Shown piece by piece: positions 49,770 through 64,000 of a stretch of 64,000 nt of DNA; within the stretch, counting starts at the first letter, position 1, and every line of letters starts with the position of its first letter. This stretch comes from Blasia pusilla. Its lineage: Eukaryota. The stretch is taken from positions 27,466,001-27,530,000 of the forward strand of contig CM114271.1 in assembly GCA_050084515.1 (NCBI GenBank), given 5' to 3'. The position numbers and the translations under genes were made by a program. A model generated the notes under the pieces. The model had not been told where the DNA came from, did no database searches, and worked only from the letters and a program-made list of their open reading frames with translations.

Positions 49770-52700
49770 GTGTGCACCATGGAGAGACACTCTTGTGAGA
49801 GAGATATTTGATTTACAGAGAAAGAATGAGCTCCAAAGCTCTCTCTCCTTGGGTATACCCCCGTCCCTTTCCCAAGCTCTCTCCATGTAATCTATTCTTG
49901 CAGGTCATCTCCTTGGCTTTTGACATGTTGTAGGAGATCAAGGGCCACTTCCCAAAGTGGAAAATCAACTACACTCAAAACCGTAACTTACCCAAAATTG
50001 ATTGGAGATATTTTGGTATTTGATTGTCTTGATGTTTGGACGTGATGAGTTAGCATGGGATTATGTGTGTTTTCCGTGGCAGGGATGTATGTTGTGTAGC
50101 AATGTGTATGCGCATGACATTCATGATGGAAGGTAGGTCAAGGGCAAGTAGGGCCATAAGGGAGGAGGAAGTGGGGATGGAGGGAGGAAGAAACATGAAA
50201 GTATGGAATACATAGGAAAGTGGGGGGAATGAGAAAGAATTGGAAGGTGGATTCCATATGGAAAAGTTTTTCCATATGATGGATGTAAGTCCGTAGACAT
50301 GGACATGTCCACGGACATGGACATTGTCTACACGCAACCTTGAAGGTTGTAGGATACGTCGTAGAACTCCCAAATTATCTCAATTCATAACATTAAGTTT
50401 TATGATAAAATTGATCAAACCCAATACCAAACCAAAATATTGGGAGCACAGCATGAAGTATGCATGGGTACAAAAAAATTAATGGAGAAGATACACACGA
50501 TAAGCACAAATTCGAAGGGAAAGGGTATCTAATAAGCACTCTTATCATACCTTAGAAGACCCTTATTACTCATATGTATAGTTTACCATATTAACTCCTA
50601 ATACATCCATGGAGTTGAGAAAGGTTTCTTAGAGATGCTATCTTCTTTTCATTTTTCCCTTCATACTCTCCATTTTGAGAAAAGAAGAAGTAGAAAGGAC
50701 ATTGGGTGATCAATAGTTGGTTATGACCACTTTTCAATATCCAAATCTATTCTTTATCAATTATATACCCCTTCCATCCCTTTCTTGCTCTAGTTGCCAA
50801 AGATGTGCCTCAACGTGACTAGGGTGGTCCCATTCCTTACAATTTCTTGGTAGCCATAAAATCAATGGTTTTCAGATCAATCACATGATTCACATATATG
50901 TGCGTCCTTATGAACACCATATATTAAATAGATAATTTTGTCCATCCTTGATGTTGGGATCAAATTATGAGGGCTTCTTAAAGCTCGGAAAAGTACATAT
51001 AGAAGCACAAAATAGAAAGCTCAAATATGCTCTCCAAAAGTTGAGATTGGATATGACCTTCCTTCCTTTGATGAGTTTTTAGGTTTGATTGAGAAGTTGT
51101 GATACAAAGCCTCCAAAAGATAGAATCCAAGTACTTTTTGGGAAAAAATATCCTTGAAAGATTTAGTAATTATTTTCAAACACCAAAGTTAGTTAATGAA
51201 GTATACATACTACTATAAAATATATGTTGTTATCATGAACACATACAAATACTAACATCCGCAACACAACATTACCACATCTTAGTTAGCCAATACATAG
51301 AGTTCTATTGTGTTGATGGCATAGAGAGTCAACGGGTTGTTCAAGCATAACTTTGTCTCGAAGTGTCAAGTGAGGTTGGCAACAACTCCAATGTGTCAAG
51401 ATTTTCATTTCAAAAAATCCCTCTATTTTGCTATTTGGGGCCAGATGACCCAGTAATCAAGTCAATGGTCACCTGGTAACCTACGTGTGTAGGTTACCAT
51501 TTGGGGCTAATTTGGGGGAAGGGTTCTTTTGACTCTTGCAGAGTGTATAAAGGTGAGGGAGAGAGCTTTCACAAGCCAGCTTTCTCTTGTTGAGCCTTTG
51601 AATCACTAGGGTTTTTAGGGTTTTCTAGGACCTTAGGTGCTAGAGTTCATATTCCCTTATGGTAGAGAGTGGATGTGGCTTGATATGCCAACATAGATTT
51701 AAGAGTAGATTTTATTGTTTGTGCCCATTTTACTTTAATTTTATATGAGATGTCAGGGGTGAGGGAATTTTTTGTGTGTAGGTGGGCAACCAAGTTTCAT
51801 CATTGGAGAACCCTAGAGACATTGTGTTTACCTTAGGTTGATTTTTTCTTTGGAAGGTTTTGCGCTCAAGCGCAAAATGTTTTTGGCCAAGTTTTGGTAG
51901 TAGTAGACTAATGCAGGGTAGTAATAGAGTCTTGGGAAGTAGTGCTTACGTGTAGCAGGCAATAGTGTTGTCAAGAGAGCGATTCTTAGTGGTGAGTTTG
52001 AGTGTTTGAGTATGTGAGGAAAGGTTTTCATCATTTTCTTCTTCCAAGGTTTGGAAGAATAGGGTAGTTTGAGCACTACTAGTAGTGAAGGTATGCGGGG
52101 CAAAGTGAGGTACTAAGGGGTTTTGAATGAGGAGCTAACTAGACTCCCATCTATGGTTGGATTCTTATCATTGGACAACGAGTTTATTCACAAGATTATA
52201 GACCAAGACAATGGTACATTGGGAAATATGGAAAACATGATCCATTTGTGCACGAGTAATTTCTCAAGTATGGTAGGCATCATGGATCTAGATGATTTCA
52301 TCCACGAGTTCCACATGTGATATGACTGCCAAGAGATACCTGCCCCTACACAATTCAACCCTTTCATGGCATGGAAGGGTTTGTTCTAACATTTGGAGGG
52401 ACTTCTTATGGATGACTATTGAGAGTTTTGATTTTACGCACTGTAGAGATTGATGCGTGGAGGGTGTATTGGGCTCTAGGGTATGTGTCTCCTACTGGTT
52501 GTGAGGTATATGATGGGATAATGAGAAACAATAGATCCACACCATCATCTTAAGGACTAGATGGGGATGTTGTGATTGATGGCAAGGAGGTGATAGAGAC
52601 CTTTGGTGGTAGAGGGCCACTAAATTTCAATCACATAGTGGAGTTCTTCAGAGATTTTGGAAGGAACTACAAGAGCGTGCAAATTGACAAGCTAAAGAGT

Positions 52701-53234
52701 TAACAAGATTTTCAAGAAAGATCAAATGAGAGTTTATGGGAAGTATTCATATACATATGTGACGGCTGATTAATGTTACCCTGAATCAGCCGTATGTAGT
52801 TACACAAGGGGAGGTGTTTCGGCTGTAGTTATGTGTGAGTTTGGAAAGGTTATTGTCTCTCTTACAAATTCAAAGGTATTAGTTAAGGAGGTGGTGGAGT
52901 TGCCCTTGGAGCAAGTGCTCAAGACTTTCCCCAATAATTTGTGGTAGGCAATGAATGTTAGGTGGTAAATAAATGAGGTAGACTTGCTATAGCGCAAGCC
53001 ATGGTGACACTAGATGTGATGTTGTTGGACAATCGAAGCAAGGTGTTGCGCTTGGTTAGGCCAACATATACATTGAACCATCCATAGTGCATCCTACTTG
53101 ATTCAAGAGCGTAACCCTTAATCTCAAAGAAAGAAATCTTGTAAGTGTTAGGGTTTCATAAAAGGAGACATTGAGCTAAGTCCCTTTGAGATATAGACCT
53201 CCATTAGGGATGCACCACCCGCATAGTTCATGAC

Positions 53235-53542
53235 CAAGGTTGCATATGGACAAATTCCGTATCCACGGACATATCCATGTCTGTGGACTTGCGTCCATCC
53301 TATAGAAGGACTTATCCATGTAGGTCCCATCTCCTCCTTCTTTCTCTCCCACCCACTTGCCTTTGTGATCCTTACTTTCTCGTTTCTTCCTCCTCCCACC
53401 TCCACTACCTCCCCAATTATTGCCTTCCACCATGAACAATAAGTATGGGATCCACCTTTTGCAATCCATGTTTGTGGAAAAGTCCAAACTTGTATCTCCA
53501 TGTCCGTCCTAGGACATAGTTATCCATTTTTGTGCAACCATG
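53235..53542 (+). mobile_element. hAT-type MITE
   Basis: CAAGGTTGCA...TGCAACCATG; 8-bp TSD ttcatgac/ttcaagac. Confidence 0.82.
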
Positions 53543-54857
53543 TTCAAGACTCGGAGTTAATTAACAAACTTGAGCCAAAGTGTACTCTAGATAGTGCGAT
53601 AGCGGGCAGTTGTGCAATTATGGCATCAAAAGAGTCATAGAATGTATTGGTAGGGAGTAATGTGTTATGTCCTCTTGGTTTCATCGTCTTTTTTTGGAGG
53701 AGACGATTGCATATCGAAAAGGATGGCGATCAAGTGATGGTCGGATGAGCCATCTAACTATGTGGTTTGCAAGGCATATTGGTGGTGATCCATGATGTAA
53801 GATAGTGATCTCCTTGGAAACATTCATAAATGATGTTACATGGTTAGAAGAATTATTGGAGTGGAAGGCCCATGTGGAAGACAACGTTGTAGCAAAGAGT
53901 CCCATTGAGAGAAATGCCATGATGGGTGTCTCTTTCCATGGTACAAAGACCTCTTCACCATTGTAGGATACAAGTGTTGACTTTCTGTGGAATGCAAATG
54001 AGCTTTGGAGGTAATCTTGAAGCTTTGCCTTTATTTTGGAGTAGAGAGAGTCAAGTAACCATCATGCTCTTAGATTGGAAACTTGACACTCTTGGATACG
54101 ACACTTGTTATGTGGCACTTTCCAAAGGAGGATGTGAGAGTGCTAAATCTCTTCGGATGGATTAGCACAAGATTAGTTATGGTGTTGACATACAGTTGCA
54201 TCAGTGCCTCGATGTTGAGAGAGATGAGATTTCACAACAAGACTAATTATGCATTGTGGAAAAGATAGTTGATCCGAGCTTGGCAGTAATACTTGTGGGC
54301 TTGAGATATATGTTATGTGGTCCGTGAGAGGTATAACCACCATGTTGGTGTGTGATGGTTTCTCTAGAGGGTGGTACATGTCCTATGTGAACCCCCTCCC
54401 CTCTTCATGTAGTTCCGACAAGACGATGGTTATTTTCCATATGATTATAGGATAGTAGAGTAGATCATGTTGAGCTACCTGGAGTTAGGAGACCCAACTT
54501 CATGTTACATGGATGGATGTGTGATCTTGGTGTACAAGCATGAGTATATATTTTTGCATGTATATGAATCTACTCGTGTGTTGGGAAGACTGGTGATGTT
54601 TGTTGTGTAGATATGATCAATAATGTGTATATGCACAAAAATTTTCAAATCTCAATTAATTGACACGTAGAGTTCTATCGTCTTGACGACATAAAGACTC
54701 AAAGTCAACAAGTTGTTCAAGCATAACTTTGTTCCAAGATGGTAGATAAGGTTAACAATAGCTCCATTGCATTGGGAATCTCATTTCAAAAAATCCTTCT
54801 TTTTTGCTATTCTAGGGAGATGTGACCTATTGACTGAGTTAAGGACCACCCGATGAC

Positions 54858-55197
54858 CAAGGTTGCATGGAAATGTACAAGTACGGACATGCCCAACGGG
54901 TCCCTCCTCGCACCCTCGCCCAACCTAAGCTCGGTGAGCCCATAATGTAGACCCGGGATGTCCTTGCTTGCGGTTGAGCCTGCCATGCGGGCCCTGTGCA
55001 ACTCAACTGCGGGCCTGAGCCTGCCCAATGGGGGCCAAGTCCGCCCTACAGGCTACAAAATGGGTGCAGGCTCGGCTAGCCCGGGTCTAAATTATGGAAT
55101 CGCGTGCGGGTCGCGGGTACCTAGGCCGACACAGACCTGTCCATCCTAGGGACGTAAATAGGTTTGCACACATGGACTTTTTCTGTGGGCAACCTTG
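54858..55197. mobile_element. hAT-type MITE with the same TIRs but a different GC-rich interior
   Basis: CAAGGTTGC...GCAACCTTG; TSD ccgatgac/tcgataac. Confidence 0.65.
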
Positions 55198-58100
55198 TCG
55201 ATAACATGTGTGCGTAGGTTACCTTTGGGGCTATTAAGGGGGAGAGCTCTTTTGGCTCTTCCCAAGGGTATAATGATGATGGGGAGGGCTTTCAAAAGCC
55301 ATCTTCCTCATGTTGAGTCTTTGGGGCACTAGGGTTTTTTGGGTTTGCATGAAATATAACACATGGAAAATTTATCTACAACATCATAGTGGGAGAATTA
55401 GCTAGTAAATACAATACTCTATAAATCGTTGAATACCAATCAAGCCATCAAAATCCCCCCTCCTACGTGAAAGAATCTAGGTCTAATGCATCATCGCTAA
55501 CATATGGCCCTAATTTATGCTTGAGGGACTCAATTTTATAAAGATGGTGCCCTCCAAGCCTCTCGAAGTATACCCCTCCCGAAGGCCACATAATTCCAAG
55601 AAGGTAATGTATGTACATAGGTCACCCCAACTTGCAAAATGACGTTGCTAACCAATTTAAAACAAACCAAGAATTTCAAAAACCCTCCAAGAAGTCCTAG
55701 AAAGTTCCTAGAGGGTGTCATGTTTGATCGCATGTCATAATGGGAAGCCAACATATCATTAATAGAGTCTCTACTACTTTCAACTACAAATGTATTCCCT
55801 CTATTAGGCCACACTATCTACACTCATTCAACGATAATATTAGGGTTAAAAATGATACACCATGGCCATTTTTCATATTATGATCATCTTCCTTTAGGAA
55901 TCAACCGAAGATTATCCAAGAGAAAAAGGATTTTTTTGGGGTATAGTTATGTGTATAATCCATTTTCAAATGCTCCCTTGCATTTATGGTAAATGGTAAA
56001 ATAAAATAGCCTATACATAATTTTTTTGAAAATGACATTCAAGAAGCAATTAGGATTTCATTATTTTATAATTAAAACATAAATTTGAAACCAACCAATA
56101 TGGAAGAGTATGAAATTAAACCCATATATTAACATTAACAACTTGGTAATTTTGTGTACTTTATTTAATTCCATATTAGAACAATGTATTGGAGCGGACT
56201 CCTAATAACCATAAGGGGGAATAAGTTACACTCTAATACAAATAGGGATGGTTGAGCCCTTTCCAAAATTGTGGGAGGAAATTATGTTGTGCCACATCAA
56301 AGCTCTTCCCACACTATACTCTAGATATGAAAAGCATGATTGTTCAAGAACCACCATTATGGTCAACTAAGGTATACCCACTCCCATAAGAGTCATTCAT
56401 AAAAGCATTTCAATCTTCCCCTTTTGACTCTTTTTTGGAATTGAACACTCAAGCATATGTTGGGTTGTCCAAGTTATGACAAATGTTAATATTGTTTGTA
56501 AAACCAATAGAACACCTTTTAAGATAACTAAGATGAATTTTAAGGATGACTTAAATATTTGGAAATAAAATAGAGATTTATGTTTTGGAAAATTTTTTTG
56601 GGAGAATATTCCCGTAATGAGCATGTCTTGTTGAAATTGAAAGAAATACGGTGAAATTTCCAAACGAACAACTTTTCTTAGGCAACTTATGGGCTTTTGT
56701 TAACCTAAGATCTTTCGGATTTCTTTTCAACCCTTCTTTTTGGTTGTGTGATAAAGGGTGGAACGATTATCTTCTGTTCTCCATTTACCATTAAAAATTA
56801 AATTAAATCTTTCTACTCTATTTTTATAGTATGATCTCAGCCAGGAAATTTTTAAAAATTGGTGATTTAAAATAAAAGAGTTGGATACAAATAAAGTTTT
56901 TACTGGAAAGACTCAAAAATAGCATTTTATCCTCGCCATAACAAGAATAAAATAAAATATTGCAATCAAGACCCCAAAGGGGTCGGCGTCGTATCGGGTG
57001 AAGAGAATCCGAAATTATAAAATGGCAGTAAAAAACTATAGACCCATCAATCAATGCAAAACTATAGATAATAAGTGCTCTTGGTGGAAGCAATGCTTCC
57101 TATCAATTCCTGGCCTTAATCAACTGGCAGTTTAAATGCATTTAGTGTGCCCATTCAATGACAAGTACAATTGTCCTTATGGTCTATTAATATACCATTT
57201 CATTCATTATTAAGAATATTTTATTTAATATATTTATAAGAATTTAATTGTCATGTTCTCATGTCCCGATTGGAGTTGAAAAAGCATCCAGGGCATGATT
57301 TTAAATTTATTCTACTCCATCTCTTACAACCTCTGTCCTCTGCAATTAATATTTCGAATTCTCTCTATAAAAAAAATCTTAATACAATTAGATATGCTTC
57401 TTACAAAAGGATCCTTTATTAATATTTCTAAAAGTTTTCCAAGGTACTTAAAGTTATATTGTAACACACAATAATACTTTCAACTTAGAGAGATTATAAG
57501 AGAGCCTGGTTTATTTCACTATTAAGCTTTTGCAAAATTAAGTTGTAAAAATTTCAGAAAATTATATAGTGCCCAGATGGTAAGGAATAAAGAACCAACT
57601 AGTTTTTTGGGTAGTGGAATAATAATGGTTGTTTGGGGATGAATTCATGGTGAGATTCATCAAGTATGAAAAATTGGAAGGAATTTTGAGGTATATGTAT
57701 AAATTTATATATATGAAAGAAATTGGATTTCCCTTAGAAACGTACTAGTGTGGCATAAAAAAAATCTTTCTTTTCTATTGCCCTCTTAATTTAACTATTC
57801 CCTTAATTTTCTCAATTAAATTAATATGTGTCCTCAATAGAAGAGCCGCTAAAGGACATATGAGAACACCAAGATGAGGACTTATGGAATTCCATCCTCT
57901 ATGAATAGTATAGATAAAGATATATGAGGAATGCATGATGAACGTGAACCTATCTTTTTTTTTTCTAGTGAAGTGAAATTTTGTTGTTTACGTCATACAT
58001 TTAAACATCACTATGTAATTTGTATTTTTTCACCATCAAGACACTTATAGAATAGGACGCCAACTTCAATCGGAGAATGTAGACATGTGAATAATCATGT

Positions 58101-58228
58101 GCCAAAAAATATCCATTAAAATCCGAAGGCAAGGAGCATCATAGCTCAGCTGCCTCATGGAAGGAGGTTTTTCGTATATCATTGGTATCATCATCCATAT
58201 GGTCATAAAACTAGACTCCATTACCAAT

Positions 58229-58513
58229 CATGGCTGCACAAAATAGACAAGTCCATCCCTAGGACGGAAAAGTTTGGACATGTCCACACACATAGATTGC
58301 AAGAGGTGGGGCCCACACTTATAATACATGATGGAAGGTAGGATAAGGGCAAGTGGGCAATAAGAGGGGAGGGAGGAAGAAACGGGAAAGTGTGGAACAT
58401 TTAGGCAAGCAAGGGGAATGAGAAAGAAGGGGAAGGTGAGACTCACATGGACAAATCTTGCCATAGGATAGACGTAAGTCCGTGGACACGGACTCTGTCC
58501 ACATGCAACCTTG
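58229..58513 (-). mobile_element. hAT-type MITE
   Basis: CATGGCTGCA...TGCAACCTTG; 8-bp TSD ttaccaat/taaccaat. Confidence 0.82.
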
Positions 58514-58532
58514 TAACCAATCATAGATCCAA

Positions 58533-58534
<2 letters not shown>

Positions 58535-58593
<59 letters not shown>
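58535..58593. repeat. (AG)n microsatellite
   Basis: Seen directly. Confidence 0.95.
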
Positions 58594-58598
<5 letters not shown>

Positions 58599-59299
58599 CT
58601 ATGCCCTTTCTTACCTACAGCCCATCTCGACTAGCATTAGTCATATGGCCAATTGTGCGGCCCTTCTTAGTCTCACGACTAGCTAGTCTAGGTTGCAACT
58701 TTGGTGGGTAACACAAAGGTTTCTCTTCCTTGGACTTTCATACATGACTTACTTATTGGATCCCTACTAATATGAGCGCCATAGACTTCGCTATTCACAA
58801 AACTCTCCTACTTAGTTGAGTTGACGTCCTCATCAACTTGAGTTAGCCCCGCCTTAAGGATGCAATAGGTAGTCCTTGGTTTGAATTCCCCAATACCTTG
58901 AATTTTTGGCCTAGTCCTTCTTTGTAAACCTAAGCGTATGCCAATCTAATATATCTTTGGGAGTTAGGTCATACTAAGTACATGAAAATTAGACCCCATT
59001 TTCGATAGCTAATCGTGTCAAGCTCAAAACCACCACCTAATCTCGTAAATGCCACGAAAAAACAAGTTATGCAACATTCACAATACATGCATCTCAATGA
59101 AAAAACTGAAACTCATTCCCCATTCAAGATAAATTTGAACATTTTTTGAATTCCCGGAGCTTCCAAAAATTTTCATACTTTTAATAGAAAACTCCAACGA
59201 AAATTGTGGTCAATGAAAATTCTACAAACTAGGCCACTACAGTCAAGCTATAGGCCAAACTCAAGTCTTACCATCACTTTCCCTATAAAATACCTCCAG

Positions 59300-62200
59300 A
59301 AGTTCCTCAACATGAGTAAGATTACTCTTTGGTTCCCATGTTCTTTTGTACAAATCATAACATTTCCATAGCACCAAGTACTAGTTTACTAACCTTCTTC
59401 CTCTCCTTACTCTACGCTCCTCCAATATAGTTGGAACTCAAACTCTCCATGGTCTTCGACTGTGATCCGATTAGATCATAGCATTATTTTCTAAGAGGGA
59501 TTTTGATCATCCATTAATGCCTTTAGCTTGGTCACTGACATGGAAAATATCATTCTTGATGCTTTCCATATAAGTGAAGGGTCCTGCATATATTGGCGCC
59601 ATCTTTCCATAAATACCTATAAGTACTTAGTAAGACCTTAGTCTTACCTAGACAAGATCCACAATTTCATGGCTCACATCTCCCTTATGAACATCAGCTT
59701 GCCACTCACCTGGTAAGCCCCAATGTTTGAAAATAAAGTAAAAGAAAACATTGCTCAACGTCGTTACAAGCGACAAAATGATGTTCATAGTGAACAAGTA
59801 ATTTGGGGTGCATTCTATCAACGTGGAAGCCTCTCTATAGTCCTTCAAGTTATCTTCCAAGAAGTCCTCAAATGCCAAAACATAACTCCTCACTTTAAAT
59901 TTTTTTGGTTGTTCAAACCAAGTTTGGACCCTCTAATTGAATCCCATTACAAAAATAAATGGCATGTATCTTATCATCGAATGCATGGATATTTATACTT
60001 AAACGTAGCCATAGGCAAATTTCTTTCCTAATCCTTTTGATCTACCAAAACACATGTTTCAGATATTGCTACAGTTCTAAATTTACATATTTTGCTTGAT
60101 TCGCAATGTTTGAGTGATAGCTTGAACATAGGAGAAAATCTTATTATGGTGCCTAAAACGGACATGTATTATATTTAGAGAAAAACTTGGTTTCTCGATC
60201 ATATAATTAGTCACTTCTTAAGCCCCAATGTTTGAAAACCTGATCAAAGAAAATATGAGCTATTTCCAATGTCGCAATTGTATTTTGGGTTAGAATGAAA
60301 AACTCATATCTTGAAAAAATTGATAAATGACTATCATGATCAAATTACATAAGTTTAACTCTAGCAATCCCATATTGAAATCCATGGCACACTTCCCTAT
60401 GGTCCATTTAAGAGCGAGAAAGGTTGAAGAAGCCCCTATGTCTTGCCAAAGTTTGTTCATTTCTGTTGGCAAACCTAACACAATTGGATATACTTTATGA
60501 TATCCTTATCTTGAGATGACCAATAGGAACAATTCTTGAGAATTTCCAAAATCTCCATCTAGCCTCGTTGACCAACCTAATGTGCATCATGATGAATCTT
60601 GGGAACCTTGGTCCTTAAACTCTTGGGAATAAATCTTCTTTGTTTCTTTCATTTCAAAACACCATCCATGAGTATAACATGCCTCACTCTCACCCCCTTA
60701 TTCAGAGCCTCTAACCTTCCTTGGGCCATTTCATTGTTTTGGTAGCTAGGCCCCCATCACTAAGCTTCTCCAAATTCCTCTAAAGTATTTCAACATGTAC
60801 TATTGCTCCTACCTACTCAAGGCATTTCTACCACATTCTCCTTTTCTGGCTTATGGAAGATTTCCATATTGATCTTGCTTAGTATTTTTGCCAATGGAGT
60901 TTTTTTGGTGATAGCTTCTTTTGGCATCAGCCAAAAGAAGCCATCACCAAAAATTTTTTTCTCTAACTTGGCTGACTTACAAGAAACTAGTAAGTCCTAG
61001 TACCCCAGTCGCAATTTTTGATGCTTTGGTCCAAACTTTGAATGTGACCCACATTTTTTACAACCTGAGTAGATGAGGATTGCTAACCAAAAACTTTACT
61101 TTCTTAAACGCCTCTTAACACTCCTCGAATGATCATAACACCAAGGAGGTTCAACATCAAAGGCTATAGTGGTTTAGCAATCTTGGCATGTATCTTCAAT
61201 AGAAGGTAACAAATTTAACAAATAACCTTGTCACAGTCAAATTATTTATTGGTGGCCACAGCTTGATAGCCTCAAGCTTTTCATGAATGGATTGCTTACA
61301 TAGTCAATATATGTGCCAAGAATTCAACTTCTTGGAACATGTAGAAGATTTTGCAAACAACTTGTTCATCCTCAAACGCCCCAAGACTTACTCAAAGAGA
61401 ACCTCATATTCCTCTTAGGTCATCGAATATGATATCATCAAAGGACATGCACCACTGCTTCAAAATTCTATCATCAAAGATAGAATTTTGAAGGGTCATG
61501 AAAGTAATGGTTGCATTAATTAGTCTGAATGATATCACTAAGAACTTGTAGGATCCAAATGTGGTCCTCATGATTGTCTTATGTTCATTCCCTTTGCAAT
61601 TTGGATTTTTTAATACCCTTGCCTTAGGTAAATCTTGGTAAATACTTGGACCCTTCCACCACATCAAACAAGGCATCTACCAAAGGTAATGGATACTTGT
61701 TCTTGATAGTATTTTTCTTCAAGGCCATGTAATCTACTCAAAACTCCATAGACCCATCCATTTTTAAGATGAAAATGGAATTCGAAGGAGTTCTCTCGAT
61801 GTCGACTTACTTGGATTAATGAACCTGCTTTCCTCCAATGCCTTAGTATGCATATATAAGAGTCTCCTTTCTTGGGGAGTTATCCTGCAAAGTTTCTTCA
61901 CGATTGGGGTTGTTCTAGATTATACTTCAATCTTATTATCCATGTCTCTCCCAAGAGGAAATCCTTTTAGAAGTTCCCTGATCAAGACATCCCCAAATCC
62001 TTCCTAGGGATAAGATTTCCTTTAAGTTCCTCCATTAGTGGTACCTCTATCTCGTTAGTGTCTAAACATGGTTGCACAAAAACGGACAAGTCCATCTCTA
62101 GGACAGACATGGATTACCAGAGGTGAGGCCCACACTTATAGTTCATGATGGAAGGTCGGGCAAGGGCAGGTGGGGCAATAAGGGGGGAGGAAGTGGGGGT

Positions 62201-64000
62201 AAAGGGAGGAAGAAATAGGAAAGTCTCCTTTCAGGTTCCATTTTTTAAGGTTCACTTAAGGTTGCTTCTTGCTTTGAACTGAGTGCTTGCTAGGTTTTGA
62301 ACCTCTTGGGTTTTGTCCTTGTCTCTTTGGGTTTCCTCTTGTTAAACTTGCCAAATGGTGCTCCCGCCTTCATAGCTAGGACCATCTTGTCTCTTCTATC
62401 TCTTCACTTGCCACTTTTTGATTTTCCATATCATTAATGGCTACCTTTAACTTCCCAAACTTGGTTTCCAACATTGCATTTTTCTTCCTCTGTTTCCTTT
62501 TCAACTTATTTGGCATGGGCTCCATAACTTTTAAGACTTCGTTGGCTGGTGACATGTCATCAATCACCACCAACTTCTTTTGGAATTGAATGATGAAGCT
62601 TATAATCGAGCCTCCCAACCACATCTACTGCAACTGAATCCTAGCTAGGATCTCTCATTCTAGAGCGCTTAACACCCCATCATTTTTAAGGTGAGCGCCC
62701 TCAATCAAAGTTTGTAGTATTTTTTTTCCTTTTAGAATTCTTGATACCACATGAGTTCACATGCATGTTGCCAACTTCAAAGAGGCATTGACTCCCGATT
62801 TGGCTCTTGAAATATGATAATTCCCGAAAAAATGCTCCATCTTAATCATCCACTTATTGAGGCACTTGATGTCTATCTCGTCCCTATACACAAGTAACAT
62901 GTTCCTCACATCTCTCAATTGATACCTTGGGGACAAGATGGAAGTTGATCAATAAGACTTCATGGACTCTCCAACCATATTCTCCATTTGGGCTAAGGGT
63001 TGATCCTTCAACGCCTTAAAGATGGCTCTATAGACCTCAAGGAAGCTCACAAGTGGTTGGACCCCCATGAGCTTCTTTTAAGACTCCATGCTTGCCATCC
63101 TTTCTCACTAGAAATATGTGTGTGGGCTTTTGCACTTGGGTGTTGAGGCCCCCAACATTGAGCTAGCTCTTCCAATGAGTCACAAAGAGTCTTTTGAAAG
63201 GATTTTTTGCCAAACGATATTTCGTCCATGTATCCCTCATTCTAATTGGACATCTCATCGAATCTCTCAAGGTACAAAAAATTTAGTAGGAGATATAGGC
63301 CTATATTCTTAATCCACCATCCCTCCATCCTCCCCCATTGCAAGGAGGTTCAAGATCCATCACTTTCTTCTTACTACTACATGGCTTACCCTTGTCTTTG
63401 GCCATGTTGATCGTTGCTGCTGAAATTGCACAGTAATTGTGGCATGTTTCCTGGTTTATTATGCTACTACATCATAGACTTCAACGTCTACTCCCAATTG
63501 CCTATCTACAAAGCACTCTTGACCTTGAGATTTTCATGCATAAGTCTTAGGTCGAGTGTCATAGATCCAACCATTTACTCGGTCTGTACGTAGTTGAGTA
63601 ACTACCAAACACTAATCAGTTTTAAGTCTCCCAAGGTGCATAACATCTCCTTGGGAAGCTCCTTCCCCAATTCTTGACCAATCTCCTTAATTTTTTTTGC
63701 CTTTATTGGAGTGCTTTGCTAAATTCCTTAAGGTGCGCCCTTAATGGTTCCTTAAATCAAGCCTGAAAGATGGCCAAACATTCATCACAGTCAATCCCTT
63801 GTTCATGATATAGAGATAGTAAAAATTTCTCTAGTCTATGAACATTTTTTAGTAAGTCTCTAATTAGGACTCAATATTTGAGTCGTAGGCCAAGGTCCAA
63901 AGTTGGTGTCCATTACTTGTTCACTTGGACTTGGTTTGGTGTCAAAACCCCAATGCCAACCTCTCAATCCATCCCATGCCTTTGGTTCACCCCCATAGTT
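59300..64000 (-). mobile_element. Old degenerate Gypsy element (same family as 12564-14830)
   Basis: RT remnant HKTIMRTTFGSYKFLVISFRLINATITF...FDDI and KNKYPLPLVD; nucleotide similarity to 13430-14530; partial MITE at ~62087-62225. Boundaries approximate. Confidence 0.7.

Larger units (their letters stand above)
51273..55330 (+). mobile_element. Highly degenerate, internally deleted copy 3 of the DNMT/PHD Gypsy
   Basis: B-like repeats at ~51273-51745 and ~54645-55330; gag GIMDLDDFIHEF...FNPFMAWKG; DNMT motif I PKEDVRVLNLFGWIST (~54120-54170); PHD remnant VDPSLAV...MLVCDGFSRGWYM; A-like segment before the second B. Confidence 0.8.

Overview
Eukaryotic, plant-like genomic DNA (probably a non-seed land plant or other streptophyte; not provable from this window), made mostly of nested transposable elements around one clear host gene, an intronless secreted LRR protein (40823-41464, -). 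Main observations: (1) Three copies of a Ty3/Gypsy retrotransposon (1678-12563 -, ~27233-37042 -, ~51273-55330 +) with domain order gag-PR-[DNMT3-like C5 cytosine methyltransferase]-RT-RH-IN-PHD. These elements have permuted 'split' terminal repeats (B-ORFs-PPT-A-B-A), 4-bp TSDs and a covarying Tf1-like self-priming signal instead of a tRNA PBS. The junction sequences fit integration of a 2-LTR circle cut at an att site inside the LTR. (2) An 11.7-kb Mutator-like DNA transposon (14915-26573, 9-bp TSD ATGTGGGCT) with a GCM-like/DDE/SWIM transposase, a divergent cargo gene with a ParB-like DGNHR motif and an N4/N6-methyltransferase-like C-terminus, and many copies of a ~25-31-bp palindrome. Also present: a hAT-type MITE family with 8-bp TSDs, older Copia and Gypsy remnants, a LINE 3' fragment between (GA)n tracts, and local duplications and hairpins. 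All TE ORFs are broken by stops or frameshifts. Domain calls come from motif recognition by eye, not from database searches.
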